Assembly (NCBI GenBank): GCA_963708075.1
Contig: OY970194.1
Span: forward strand, 1,856,001-1,920,000
DNA length: 64,000 bases
Direction: 5' to 3'
Source: Sedimentisphaerales bacterium
GTDB taxonomy: Bacteria > Planctomycetota > Phycisphaerae > Sedimentisphaerales > Anaerobacaceae
Below the pieces are notes generated by a model that worked only from the letters and a program-made list of their open reading frames with translations, was not told the origin of the DNA and did not search any database. A program made the position numbers and the translations under genes. Below are positions 31,330 through 41,153 of the stretch, one piece after another (positions within the stretch are counted from its first letter, which is position 1; every line of letters begins with the position of its first letter).

Positions 31330-32448
31330 ATGAAACCGGCAGAGGAGATAGAGAGGATCATCAGAGGAATGTCCTTCCGGGCAGGCGATCGAATGGGGCA
31401 GCGACTCTGGGCTGATGCCGCGAAGGCACAGAATGAGTCCGAAAGCGCGAAACGGGTCCCAGACCCGAAGAATACAGGGAGATGGATTATGAAATATCCG
31501 ATCACGAAATTGGCCGCCGCGGCAGCCATAATAACAGCAGCAGTGCTGGGCTTGAACATTGTGGGTGGGCCGGGCATGGCAACCGTTGCGCTGGCGGACG
31601 TAGCAAAGAAGATTGAACAAACAAAGAACTGTGTCTTCAAAAAGACTACAACCGTGTCCTCTGAAGATGGCGTCACTAACGCATTCGATTCACTGGTATA
31701 TTATACCGAAAACGCCGTGAGGGATGATGTCTACGACAATGCGAAGATAATCAGTCAGGTGTATGTCAAATTCCCGGATGGGGTCGTCGTCGCGGTAGAC
31801 CACAAAAGCAGAGTATTCAGGAAGATAAACCTCGCGGATGAGGATATTGAGAGACTGTCTCCGGTAAGCCCAAGGAATCTTGTCGATCTGATCCTGTCAA
31901 AAGGAGAGTACAAGAAGCTGGGCAGAAAGACGGTGGACGGAGTTCTTTCAGAAGGCTTCGAATTTGACGACACAAGAGCAATGCTCAGCATGGATAAAGA
32001 CCAGATCGAGAATATCGTTACGCGTCTTTGGGTCGATGTGAGCACTGATCTGCCGATCCGTGCTGAGGTTGACTGCATTCTGACTGACAACGCAAAGGCT
32101 CGTGTGGTGATGTTCGATCCCCAGTGGAATGTTGAGCTGGAATCCGATTTCTTTGAGCCGAAGATACCGGCCGGCTACGTGGAACCTGAGCAGCGTGGTG
32201 TTATAGGGATCGATCTTGAGAATTGGCCGGCGCTCAAGGTTGTCCCCGGCATGGCCGCAGAAAAGGCGGGAGTCAAGAGTGGAGACGTTGTCCTAAGATT
32301 CAACGGCAACAGCATCTCGCATATTGAATCTTCAAGCGACGCCCTGAGTCTATTGTCCGGCAAGGTTGGGGAAAAGGTCGCGCTTACCGTAAAGCGAGGG
32401 GAACAAATCCTTACCTTTGAGATTGAAAGAGCACCTGCGCCAAAATGA
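31330..32448 (+). CDS. Putative anti-sigma factor 3: TM, LolA-like domain, C-terminal PDZ
   Basis: KLAAAAAIITAAVLGL TM; LGRKTVDGV, RLWVDVSTDLPIRAE, FFEPKIPAGY; GVIGI...GMAAEKAGVKSGDVVLRFNG PDZ. Confidence 0.82.
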   Translation: MKPAEEIERIIRGMSFRAGDRMGQRLWADAAKAQNESESAKRVPDPKNTGRWIMKYPITKLAAAAAIITAAVLGLNIVGGPGMATVALADVAKKIEQTKNCVFKKTTTVSSEDGVTNAFDSLVYYTENAVRDDVYDNAKIISQVYVKFPDGVVVAVDHKSRVFRKINLADEDIERLSPVSPRNLVDLILSKGEYKKLGRKTVDGVLSEGFEFDDTRAMLSMDKDQIENIVTRLWVDVSTDLPIRAEVDCILTDNAKARVVMFDPQWNVELESDFFEPKIPAGYVEPEQRGVIGIDLENWPALKVVPGMAAEKAGVKSGDVVLRFNGNSISHIESSSDALSLLSGKVGEKVALTVKRGEQILTFEIERAPAPK

Positions 32449-32679
32449 GCGGACGGTTTCAGAAGATTGACGGGCCATGCGGAGGTAGAGATTATGCACC
32501 GCGCATCAAGTACTGTACCTATTCATGACCGCGTATCTGGGTATGGAAGCCATAACGGCGCACACGCAGGCCTGGCACCACGACAAGAGGAAGACCAGAA
32601 CTGACGATGCCGGCGGTTCCGCGGTCGTGTCCACCGAACCTCCGTGAGGAAACGGCCCGCCTCAATGACGCCATCACCC

Positions 32680-32713
32680 AAGGCCAAGCCTCCACCGCCT
32701 GGCCTTTTCTTTT
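32680..32713 (+). terminator. Possible Rho-independent terminator
   Basis: AAGGCCA...TGGCCTT followed by TTCTTTT. Confidence 0.45.
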
Positions 32714-32810
32714 GCGCGGGGAAAATCCACCGGCTACTATATACTAAGGACACACGTCGGACGTGGTACATGTGAGAACGGCCGTTTTTTGAGCCTGTGA
32801 GTGAGTGGAC

Positions 32811-33350
32811 ATGCTGGAAGACGAACTGCTCAAGTGGAAATTCCGGCGGGGCAGCCAAGAGGCGCTGGCGAGGATCTATGAGAAGTACCTCGACTCAATG
32901 CTGACTCTTGCGGTGGGCCTGCTGCATGACGTGAGCGAGGCGCAGGACGTCGTGCACGATGTCTTCGTCTCCTTCGCGAAATCCGCAGGCAACTTTCAGA
33001 TACGGGGCAGCCTCGGCGGCTACCTGGCCACCAGCGTCGTCAATCGCATACGGGACCAGAAGAGGCGATTGCGAAGGCAGAGCCGTAGAGATGCGATACC
33101 TTGCGTCTCCAACGACCCGCCGGAGCCTGACCAGACAGTCATCTTCACAGAGCAGGCGAGTCGCCTCAACGAGGCAGTTGCCCAACTGCCGGACGATCAG
33201 CGCGAGGTAGTGTTACTCCGACTCACGGCCGGCATGAAGTTCCGCGATATCGCAAAGCTGCAGCAAATCTCAATCAACACGGTCCAGGGCCGTTACCGGT
33301 ACGGCTTGGATAAGCTTCGGTCCATGTTGAACGGCGAGGTGGACGAATGA
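32811..33350 (+). CDS. ECF sigma factor 4 (paralog of sigma 3)
   Basis: MLEDELLK, RIYEKY, AQDVVHDVFVSFA, LPDDQREVVLLR, MKFRDIA, TVQGRYRYGLDKLRS. Confidence 0.92.
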   Translation: MLEDELLKWKFRRGSQEALARIYEKYLDSMLTLAVGLLHDVSEAQDVVHDVFVSFAKSAGNFQIRGSLGGYLATSVVNRIRDQKRRLRRQSRRDAIPCVSNDPPEPDQTVIFTEQASRLNEAVAQLPDDQREVVLLRLTAGMKFRDIAKLQQISINTVQGRYRYGLDKLRSMLNGEVDE

Positions 33351-35152
33351 AACCCAAAGACAAGGTGGAAGAGATAATCCAAAAGAGACTGCGTTTCACC
33401 GCCGGCTCGACACTGCGCCGCCGATTTCTGGCTGATGTTCTGCACGCACAAGAGGAATCCAGACAAACAGATCCGGCTCTTCACCGGGCCGGCATAGGGA
33501 GAATCATCATGAGAAGTCCATTTATGAAACCGTTCTCCGTCGCCGCCGTTATTGCGATGGCGGTCCTTTCAATCACCTTTTGGGACAAGTGGTCCCCTTC
33601 GGCATACGCCATAGCGCAGACCTATGAGGCGCTCCAGAATGTCCGCTTCCTGCACATCGTACAACGTGATGCAGCAAGGCAGATTACGGATGAACGATGG
33701 ATCGAGATCGGCGACAATGGGTACCAGCTCCGCTACCGGCAGGACAATCCCGCCCCGGTGAATTTCGGCGCCATTGAGGACGGCGAATCCACGGCGGTCT
33801 ATCGCCATGACAAGAAAGCGGTGATCATCTACGACCGCAAAGACCAGCAGTTCCAGTGGGTGGGTCCGCTGGGCGAAATGTTCGAGAATCTTCGCCAGGA
33901 AGGCAAGATCCTCCAGGATAACGCTGAGTACAAGGGCAGGCCGGCTCACAAAGTCTGGTGGCCTTTCCTGAGCGCCGAGTGCTACGTCGATCCCGAGACG
34001 AAGCTGCCCTTCGCCGTCGGAGACACGGAGCTTAGTTACGAGGAGCCTCCGGCGGGAACCTTCGAGATCGTCATTCCGGAAGGCTACGCCGTGCTCGACA
34101 AACGCCCCGGCGTTCCCACAGGGCCGACGCCGGCATGGCTCCTGGAGGACGAAAGCGAAGCAAAGAAGAAGGATGAATGCTTCAACCAGGGAGTCCGTGC
34201 CCTTGTCAGCGGGGACTATGCAAGAGCCGTGGAACAGCTCGAACAAGCCCTTGGCAGCGACAGTTGGGCCGCCTTTTGGCTCGGCAGCGCCTACTACGGA
34301 CTCGGCAAGTATGATCTGGCTATCAAGAACTACAACAAGCTATACGAAGCATTTGGCGGCAATGGGACGGAGGCAGTGCCCTACTGCAGCTACGCCCGGG
34401 GCTTAGCCTACGCGAGAAGCGGTGACATGGAAGCGGCAGAGAAGGATTTCCATGCCTGTCTGCCCGCGATGATCAGAACACTGCAAACCCCCTCCGGCGG
34501 GGCCATGTTCGAGTATGCGGATAACCCTCTTATTCGATTCGGTCGGTATCAGCCCGGCGAACGTGAGATCGTCATCAAGATGATCAATCGCCTCCGGCTC
34601 ATCACCGGACAGGATTTCGGCTATGATCCCAACGCCACGGACGCGGAGAACGAGCCGGCCGTTTCCGCCTGGGAGCAATGGTTCAAGAACGACGGGCAGA
34701 TCCGGTTTACACCCGACGCCAAGCCCCTTCCCATCCTGGCCGAGTGGATCTGTAAGATGGGCTGGGGACGCAAACCGAACCAGGAAATCGCGTCGCGATA
34801 CCGAAGGGAATGGCTGGAGCAGATCACATCCCCCACGGCCTGGCAGAAGACTGGATTTGCCCTCTATGATGCCAGGCGGTACGACGACGCGCTGGCGGCG
34901 TTCGAGAGGATGCAGGAGACGGCCGGCGATGATCCACATACCCAGACAATAGCGACCATCTGGCAGGGACACATGCTGGACCTCCTGGGAAGAAGGAACC
35001 AGGCGGTCGCCAAGTATCGAAGAATCGCAGACGCCGGACTGACGTCGGGCACAACGCACAGCAATTATGGCCTCTCCTACAGCTTCAGCTCCTACGCCCG
35101 GGAACGGATGGACACACCCTTCACACGCATCGAAAACGCGTATGAAGACTGA
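33347..35152 (+). CDS. Putative anti-sigma factor 4: TM, LolA-like domain, TPR repeats
   Basis: ATGA overlap with sigma 4; SVAAVIAMAVLSITFW TM then SAYA; YVDPETKLP; TPR motifs AFWLGSAYYGLGKYDLAIKNY and YARGLAYARSGD. Confidence 0.82.
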   Translation: MKPKDKVEEIIQKRLRFTAGSTLRRRFLADVLHAQEESRQTDPALHRAGIGRIIMRSPFMKPFSVAAVIAMAVLSITFWDKWSPSAYAIAQTYEALQNVRFLHIVQRDAARQITDERWIEIGDNGYQLRYRQDNPAPVNFGAIEDGESTAVYRHDKKAVIIYDRKDQQFQWVGPLGEMFENLRQEGKILQDNAEYKGRPAHKVWWPFLSAECYVDPETKLPFAVGDTELSYEEPPAGTFEIVIPEGYAVLDKRPGVPTGPTPAWLLEDESEAKKKDECFNQGVRALVSGDYARAVEQLEQALGSDSWAAFWLGSAYYGLGKYDLAIKNYNKLYEAFGGNGTEAVPYCSYARGLAYARSGDMEAAEKDFHACLPAMIRTLQTPSGGAMFEYADNPLIRFGRYQPGEREIVIKMINRLRLITGQDFGYDPNATDAENEPAVSAWEQWFKNDGQIRFTPDAKPLPILAEWICKMGWGRKPNQEIASRYRREWLEQITSPTAWQKTGFALYDARRYDDALAAFERMQETAGDDPHTQTIATIWQGHMLDLLGRRNQAVAKYRRIADAGLTSGTTHSNYGLSYSFSSYARERMDTPFTRIENAYED

Positions 35153-35500
35153 AATGTAGAATCCGATCAACGCATCGAGGGAAAGACCGGGGATGGCATG
35201 GCCGGGCCTGTTTGGGCTCGGCCCCTCTTATCCACCCTCGACCCACGAGGGGACGGTCCTGCCTTCTGCGCCATCTACACGCGATCCAGTGAAGACGCCG
35301 GCCCGTTAAGTTGGGACGCACAAGTCTTCTCGGGACAGGGCGGCACCTGGAAGAAGCTGTTCAGCATGGGCAGCACCGGCTTCGCGCGGAGAAAGCACCT
35401 TCCCACCTACCCTTAAAGGTGGGAAAATGGTACAATAGAACCATTGAGGCAGGGATCGTGCCTGGCTGGAGTATGTTTCTCTTTCGGTTGGAGGATATCC

Positions 35501-38197
35501 GTGAGGTGCTTACAGAGTCTCGTCACTCCGTGTGAAAGCCCATGTATCTGGTCACGTCCAAGGGTGATATGGTCAGTAGCTTCGCTCGCGTGCCTGTTCA
35601 TACCGGCCGCATCCGCGTTGGCGGCGATCACCATAGACGGCGTCACGGACAAGAAGGTGTACGCGAATCTCGTCTCGTTTACGGTCCGCTCGGAGGCAGG
35701 GTACGACTATACGGCGGAGTTGAATGGGGAGTCGGTGGCTGTGGGCGTCCCCGTAGAGGTCAACGAGCCGCAATACTATGAACTGAATGTGGAAAGGCGG
35801 CAGAAGTCGTCCGGGGCGCAGGAGAGCCAACTGGTTCGATTCATCGTCCGGGCGACCGACCGGGGCAACAGCGAATGGGGGCTTCCCCCCTGGGTCCCCT
35901 ATCCGGTGATAGACTCGGCCGCGGCGGAGTTCACTGGGGCCCGGCTTATAGTTGTCACACCTGCTAAATTCCCGGTAGGACTCGAAATTCCCGTCATCGC
36001 CCGCATGGAGGACGAGTCCGGGAAGCGAGTTGGTGTCAACGGCGTTGTCACGGCCGATGGCTTCGAGAGATACCCGCTACAACTGCTGCGCGGGGTTGGC
36101 TCCGTCTTTCTGCCGCCAGCGGTTGAACCAGGCGTCATCTCTTATGCCGCCCAGGTCCACTCGCTGCAAACGCCGAAGGATATTGTGATTGAGAGCGTCA
36201 CGAACTGGCAGACGGTCTCGACAGATATTGTCGCTTCGACCGACTGGGGCAAGAACGCCCGCATTCGTGTCATGGGCGATGCCGATGGCGCACTGACGAT
36301 CGCGCTGGGCGCCACGTTGACCATCGGCAGTGGCAGCGTGATCGTAGTCGATCCCGATGTCGAGATTACGGTGGATGGTCATATCGCAGTGAACGGGACC
36401 GTGCAGCAGCCCGTCGTCTTCACCAGCCGGGATCGAACCGAGCCCTGGGGTGGGTTCATCTTTGAGAAGAGCACATCGCGAGGCGAATTCACCGGTACGA
36501 TCCTGACCGGCAGCGGCGCAGACCCAGATTGGTTCGATAACAACCCTGGGCACGGCCACAGCCATCGCAGCGAGCAACCCCTGGTCTTCGTATCCAATGG
36601 AGCCCGCGTAACGTTGACCGACTGCTATCTCACGGAGAACAGCGGGCAGGGAGGACACGGCGAGGGCGGCTACCTCACAATGACGCGGTGCCTGATCCAG
36701 AAATGCATCAGCGCCGGCCAGTATAATGGCGGAGCGGTGACCTTCAGTGACTGCGCACTGATCGAGTTCCCCTCGGCGACAGCCCCCTTTGAAGACAACG
36801 ACAACGATGCCCTCTACCTCACAGGCGGGGCGCATTCATTGAAGGACTGCCTCGTCGGCTGGGCTCTGGATGACGGGATCGACGCCGGGTCGGGCTCAAA
36901 CGGCTCAGTCACGGTCGATCACTGCTGGATCGAATCAACCTATCATGAGGCGCTGGCCTGGTCGGAGCAAGGGACTCGCTCCGCCAGCGACACGGTCACG
37001 ATGAACTGCGGACAGGGAATCGAGTGCGGGTTCGGCTCGCCCAAAGTGGATACGGTGCATTGCCTCAGCACGGGCAACGTCATCGGGGCCCGCTTCGGCG
37101 ACAACTATGACTGGAGCTACAACGGCTTTCTGAAAATCCGCGATTCGCTCTTGCTGTTCAACAAGCGCGACATCTGGGGCCGGGCGTGGGACAACTGGGA
37201 GGTGCATCAATCCCAGATGGATATCAAGGACTGCTACGTCACCACCGCTTACGCTGATTTTCCCGGCAACTGGCTTTGGGACCCTCAGGCTGATCCGAAT
37301 CAGCTCGCTGAGCTGGTGCCGTTCCTGCCCTGCCCTGCCGATACAGTCGGCATCGGCTTTGCAGCGTGGGAGGATGCCGTCGATCTGACCTCGCTGTCCA
37401 AGGGCATTCCCGTCCGCCTGAGCACCTTCACGACTAAGCCGGTCTCGGTGGACTACTCGATTGATACAGCAAAGAAGCAGCTTGCCGGGGGCACGCTGCA
37501 CTTTGTGCCAGGGGAGACTGTGAAGCAGATCGTCTTCGACATCCCGTCCGACCAGGACCTCTGCCAGATCCACGTGACGCTGGGCAATCCGGTCAATGCC
37601 GAGCTGACGGGATATCAACGATTGAGCCACAAAGGAATGTGCGGGACGGTTGTGCCATTGGTCCGTGAAGGCGATCAATGGCGATACTTCAAGGGCACGC
37701 AGGAGCCTCCGGCAACGTGGAATGCCCTGGCATTCGATGACAGCACGTGGCTCACCGGGCCCACGCCCATTGGGTACGAAACGAGCAGCGGCTATGAAAA
37801 GCGGATTGCCACGAATCTCGGCGACATGCGGAACAAGTACATCAGCGTGTACGCCCGCCGGACCTTCTCTGTGGACGATCCATCGCAACTGACCGCCCTG
37901 CTCCTCGCGGTGGATGTTGACGACGGCTACATCGCCTATATCAACGGCGTCCGGGTCAGTGCCCTGGCCGCGCCGGCTTCCCCCAAGTACGATCAGGCGG
38001 CCACTGCCAACCGGGAGGCTTGCTGCGGTACCGGCACGCCGACGGGCCCCTGCCCGCCCGCACAGATCGACCTGAGCAAGTACATCAAGGACCTGGTCCC
38101 TGGAGAGAACGTGCTGGCCGTCCAGGTCCACAACACATCCCTGTCCAGCTCGGACCTGATCTTCATCCCCGAGTTATCCGGCGTGTTCGCTCCGTAG
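35501..38197 (+). CDS. Large exported protein: beta-helix region, Calx-beta-like domain, C-terminal galactose-binding-like domain
   Basis: GGAGG before GTG 35501; signal peptide ending ALA-AITI; LTIALGATLTIGSG..NGTVQQPVVFTS, DNDALYL, DDGIDAG; GTLHFVPGETVKQI; WRYFKG...FDDSTWLTG...DDGYIAYING...GENVLAVQVHN. Confidence 0.75.
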   Translation: MRCLQSLVTPCESPCIWSRPRVIWSVASLACLFIPAASALAAITIDGVTDKKVYANLVSFTVRSEAGYDYTAELNGESVAVGVPVEVNEPQYYELNVERRQKSSGAQESQLVRFIVRATDRGNSEWGLPPWVPYPVIDSAAAEFTGARLIVVTPAKFPVGLEIPVIARMEDESGKRVGVNGVVTADGFERYPLQLLRGVGSVFLPPAVEPGVISYAAQVHSLQTPKDIVIESVTNWQTVSTDIVASTDWGKNARIRVMGDADGALTIALGATLTIGSGSVIVVDPDVEITVDGHIAVNGTVQQPVVFTSRDRTEPWGGFIFEKSTSRGEFTGTILTGSGADPDWFDNNPGHGHSHRSEQPLVFVSNGARVTLTDCYLTENSGQGGHGEGGYLTMTRCLIQKCISAGQYNGGAVTFSDCALIEFPSATAPFEDNDNDALYLTGGAHSLKDCLVGWALDDGIDAGSGSNGSVTVDHCWIESTYHEALAWSEQGTRSASDTVTMNCGQGIECGFGSPKVDTVHCLSTGNVIGARFGDNYDWSYNGFLKIRDSLLLFNKRDIWGRAWDNWEVHQSQMDIKDCYVTTAYADFPGNWLWDPQADPNQLAELVPFLPCPADTVGIGFAAWEDAVDLTSLSKGIPVRLSTFTTKPVSVDYSIDTAKKQLAGGTLHFVPGETVKQIVFDIPSDQDLCQIHVTLGNPVNAELTGYQRLSHKGMCGTVVPLVREGDQWRYFKGTQEPPATWNALAFDDSTWLTGPTPIGYETSSGYEKRIATNLGDMRNKYISVYARRTFSVDDPSQLTALLLAVDVDDGYIAYINGVRVSALAAPASPKYDQAATANREACCGTGTPTGPCPPAQIDLSKYIKDLVPGENVLAVQVHNTSLSSSDLIFIPELSGVFAP

Positions 38198-38302
38198 GGG
38201 CGGGTTTCCAACCCGCCCGCACAGTGGTTGCCACGATTTTTCTGTAGACGGGGCCTCGCTGTTCGTCTTGATTGTGTAAGGGCAGGCTCCAAACCTGCCC
38301 GC
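38194..38302 (+). repeat. Two GTAG-type REP palindromes; the first supplies the TAG stop of the upstream gene
   Basis: GTAGGGGCGGGTTTCCAACCCGCCC (38194) and GTAAGGGCAGGCTCCAAACCTGCCC (38276). Confidence 0.75.
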
Positions 38303-38315
38303 TCAGGAGCTCCGA

Positions 38316-38843
38316 TTGAACGATCCAGCAGACGAAAGCGTGGTCGGTGCCTGCCGGGGTGACGACAATGCGGCGTACGCGATACTCGTGCGAAGGCATT
38401 ACCGGCACGTGTTTGCCTTGTGCCTCGGCATACTCGCGAATGTTCACGATGCCGAGGACGTGGCTCAGGAAACCATGTTGAAAGGGCTTCTGAGCCTTCG
38501 CCGACTGGCCAAGCCGGAACAGTTTGAGTCATGGATTCTGCGGATTGCAAGAAACCTGTGCATCGACCTGCTCCGGCGACGCAAGCGCACGAAGACATCG
38601 CCCGTCGAAGCTGAGACTATCCCGACGCAGAAGGCACAGGAGAACCACGATCTCGAAGGCGCCATTCGCCGGCTGCCTCGGGAGCTTCGTCTGCCTCTGA
38701 CGCTGTTCTACTTCGAGCACAAAGACGCCGGGAGCATCGCGAGGAAGCTGGATATCTCGCCGTCCCTGGTCTACGAGAGAATCCGGACGGCCCGAAAGGA
38801 GCTGCATCGGCTGCTGACCGAAAGGGGTACCCATGAGTCATGA
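38316..38843 (+). CDS. ECF sigma factor 5
   Basis: AGGAG before TTG; DESVVGAC, AEDVAQET, FESWILRIARNLCIDLLRRR, LPRELRLPLTLFYFE. Confidence 0.9.
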   Translation: MNDPADESVVGACRGDDNAAYAILVRRHYRHVFALCLGILANVHDAEDVAQETMLKGLLSLRRLAKPEQFESWILRIARNLCIDLLRRRKRTKTSPVEAETIPTQKAQENHDLEGAIRRLPRELRLPLTLFYFEHKDAGSIARKLDISPSLVYERIRTARKELHRLLTERGTHES

Positions 38844-40380
38844 TTGCCACGCATTCAGGGACCAGATCGCGGACTTCGTCACCGGCATCCTGCCGGAGCC
38901 GGACAGCCGCAGGTTGCAGGACCATTTGAGCACCTGCGCCCCCTGCCGTGACTATCTGCACGCCCTGAAGCAGGAAGATGCCTCGTTGACCGAGTACATC
39001 GCAGGGATCGACGGGGACATGGCACATCGTCAAGAGCGCGCGCTCCAAGTGATCGAGTGTTCCCGCACGAAGGAGAAGACAGACACCACCTCCGTGTGGA
39101 CCGAGATCATGAGAAATCGATACAGCAGACTGGCGACGGCCGCAGTGATTCTCATATTGACCGGCATCTCCATCATTCTCCTGGACAGAATGACATCGTC
39201 GGCCTACGCCTTACATCAGACAGTTGAAGCCTTCAAAAGCATTCGGTTCCTGCACATCGTCGAGCGTGATGAGGCTGGTGGTATCGAGAATGAACGCTGG
39301 ATTGAGGTCGGCCCGGATGGCCGGCAAGTCCGCTACCGGCAGGACAAGCCACCGCACATCCTCGTGATCGACGACGGTGAATCCATAGCCCGCTACCACA
39401 ATCACGGGAATACCATGACCATTTATCATAGCCCCGAGATGCGGTACGAGTGGATCAGGCCTTTGGGACGTGCTTTCGAGAACCTGCTCCGGGCAGGGCT
39501 GATTCTTGAGGAAGATGCCGCCTATCATGACCGGGTTGTCCACAAGGTTTGGTGGCCGGCGATGCGCGGCGTGTGTTACGTGGACCCCGCAAGCAGGCTG
39601 CCTGTCGCCATTGAGGATATGGAGTTGAGCTATGAAGAGCCGCCGGCCGGGACTTTCGAGATCGTCGTTCCCCAAGGTTATACCATTGTCGATGATACTC
39701 AACAGAGCGATTTCTATGCTGCCGTGGAGCTGATTCAACCTGCGACGCCGCTCATGGAAATCGTCAACCGGGACGAGGTCGTCGGACTCCATCGCACGGG
39801 TCCGCGCAGCTATGCGGGGGACCTGGATATAGAGATCACATGCAATACCGACATCACGTGGGCTCTTTCCGTCACGAAAACAGGTTTGGTCCAAGGCGAC
39901 TACTCGTGTTCGATCGACAAGTGGGACATGGCGCCGCCCGGCGGAATCGCAACAGTGGCTGTGGCACTCACGGAAGTGCAGGCGGAGAACGCCCCGAGAG
40001 GCACTCAGGTCGCCCTTGTGACACTGCGCGTCAAACCGAGGCCTGAGCCGATGAATGATGCCCGTGCTCTGAGGACGCTTGGACTTGCGCTTTATGACGC
40101 GAAACGCTACGAGGAAGCCTTGACCGCATTCGAGAGAATAGAGCAGCAAGACAACGCTGACCAGGAGGAACTGGCCATGGCAATCATCTGGCAGGGACAC
40201 ATGTTGGATCTCCTTGACAGGAGAGATGAAGCCATCGGGAGATACGGGAGAGTCGTTGGCATGGGCCTGGAAGGCGGCGTGCATCAGGGCCAATACGACC
40301 TCCGCTACGAGTTCACACCCTACGCCAAAGAGAGAATGATCACGCCCTTCACTCGCGTCGAAAGACTGGACAGTAAATGA
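38833..40380 (+). CDS. Anti-sigma factor 5: zinc-binding ZAS (zf-HC2) domain, TM, LolA-like domain, Ig-like middle, TPR
   Basis: CHAFRDQIADF...HLSTCAPC HxxxCxxC; RLATAAVILILTGISIILL TM then SAYA; C-terminal TPR GLALYDAKRYEEALTAFE. Confidence 0.87.
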   Translation: MSHDCHAFRDQIADFVTGILPEPDSRRLQDHLSTCAPCRDYLHALKQEDASLTEYIAGIDGDMAHRQERALQVIECSRTKEKTDTTSVWTEIMRNRYSRLATAAVILILTGISIILLDRMTSSAYALHQTVEAFKSIRFLHIVERDEAGGIENERWIEVGPDGRQVRYRQDKPPHILVIDDGESIARYHNHGNTMTIYHSPEMRYEWIRPLGRAFENLLRAGLILEEDAAYHDRVVHKVWWPAMRGVCYVDPASRLPVAIEDMELSYEEPPAGTFEIVVPQGYTIVDDTQQSDFYAAVELIQPATPLMEIVNRDEVVGLHRTGPRSYAGDLDIEITCNTDITWALSVTKTGLVQGDYSCSIDKWDMAPPGGIATVAVALTEVQAENAPRGTQVALVTLRVKPRPEPMNDARALRTLGLALYDAKRYEEALTAFERIEQQDNADQEELAMAIIWQGHMLDLLDRRDEAIGRYGRVVGMGLEGGVHQGQYDLRYEFTPYAKERMITPFTRVERLDSK

Positions 40381-40606
40381 GTCCCCACTGTACGTGGCAC
40401 CGTCGTATTGTCCGCTGCTAAGCATTGTGAAACCATGGGAACGCAACTCGTCATGCCAGGCAAGGAAGAAAATCGGTCGCCCCTTATAGCCCGACCTGTT
40501 TCGCACGCAACATCAACAAATCTGCCTTTCCCGGTAGAGGAATCGACCGTCTTCATGCGTTATATTGGTGAATGTTGATGGTTCTGACGTCAGGTCACCA
40601 ACGATG

Positions 40607-41153
40607 ATGCTCGAAGATCGATATCTCGTCTGGCGGCTCAAGCAAGGCAGCCCGCGGGCCTTGTGCCGGATCTACAACCGGTACGAGAACCGACCTGCTC
40701 ACGCTGGCCAGGAGCCTGCTCGGCCGAACAGACCAGGCGGAGGATGTTCTGCAGGACGTGTTCGTCCGGCTCATCGAGTCCATCGATACCTTCGAGCTCA
40801 CGGGCAGCCTGAAAGGCTATCTCGTCACGTGCGTGGCAAATCGCGCACGGGACTACCTGCGGAAAGACCGTCGCCGCACAGGCGAGCCGATGGAAGCGGC
40901 GTACGCCGTCGCGTCGCAGCAGAGCGGGCCGCTCCAAGAGGTCATCGCCGATGAGCAGCAGCAACGGCTGACAGCGGCCCTGGCCGAGCTGCCCTACGAG
41001 CAGCGGGAAGCCGTCCTGCTCCACCTGCAGGCGGGCCTGAAGTTCCGCGAGATCGCCCGTGTGCAGGGCGTGGCCGCCAAGACGGCGTGGAGCCGGTACC
41101 GGTATGGATTGGACAGACTGCGGTCTTTATTGAATGGTCAGGCGGAAACATGA
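40607..41153 (+). CDS. ECF sigma factor 6 (apparent +1 frameshift near 40688)
   Basis: MLEDRYLVWRLKQGSPRALCRIYNRY in one frame continues as DLLTLARSLL...AEDVLQDVFVRL...LPYEQREAVLLH...SRYRYGLDRLRSLL in the next; paralog of sigmas 3 and 4. Confidence 0.85.

Noticed and set aside
32526..32713. Hammerhead ribozyme, riboswitch or 40-aa leader peptide (CTGACGA...GAAAC before a terminator-like hairpin)
   Set aside because: The stem II closing pair and cleavage-site stems do not fit a hammerhead, no riboswitch consensus is recognisable by eye, and the small ORF has no RBS or family signal. An Rfam/Infernal search would settle it.
35198..35416. 72-aa ORF between anti-sigma 4 and the large exported protein
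   Set aside because: No recognisable domain or convincing RBS; it could be a gene remnant but cannot be supported.
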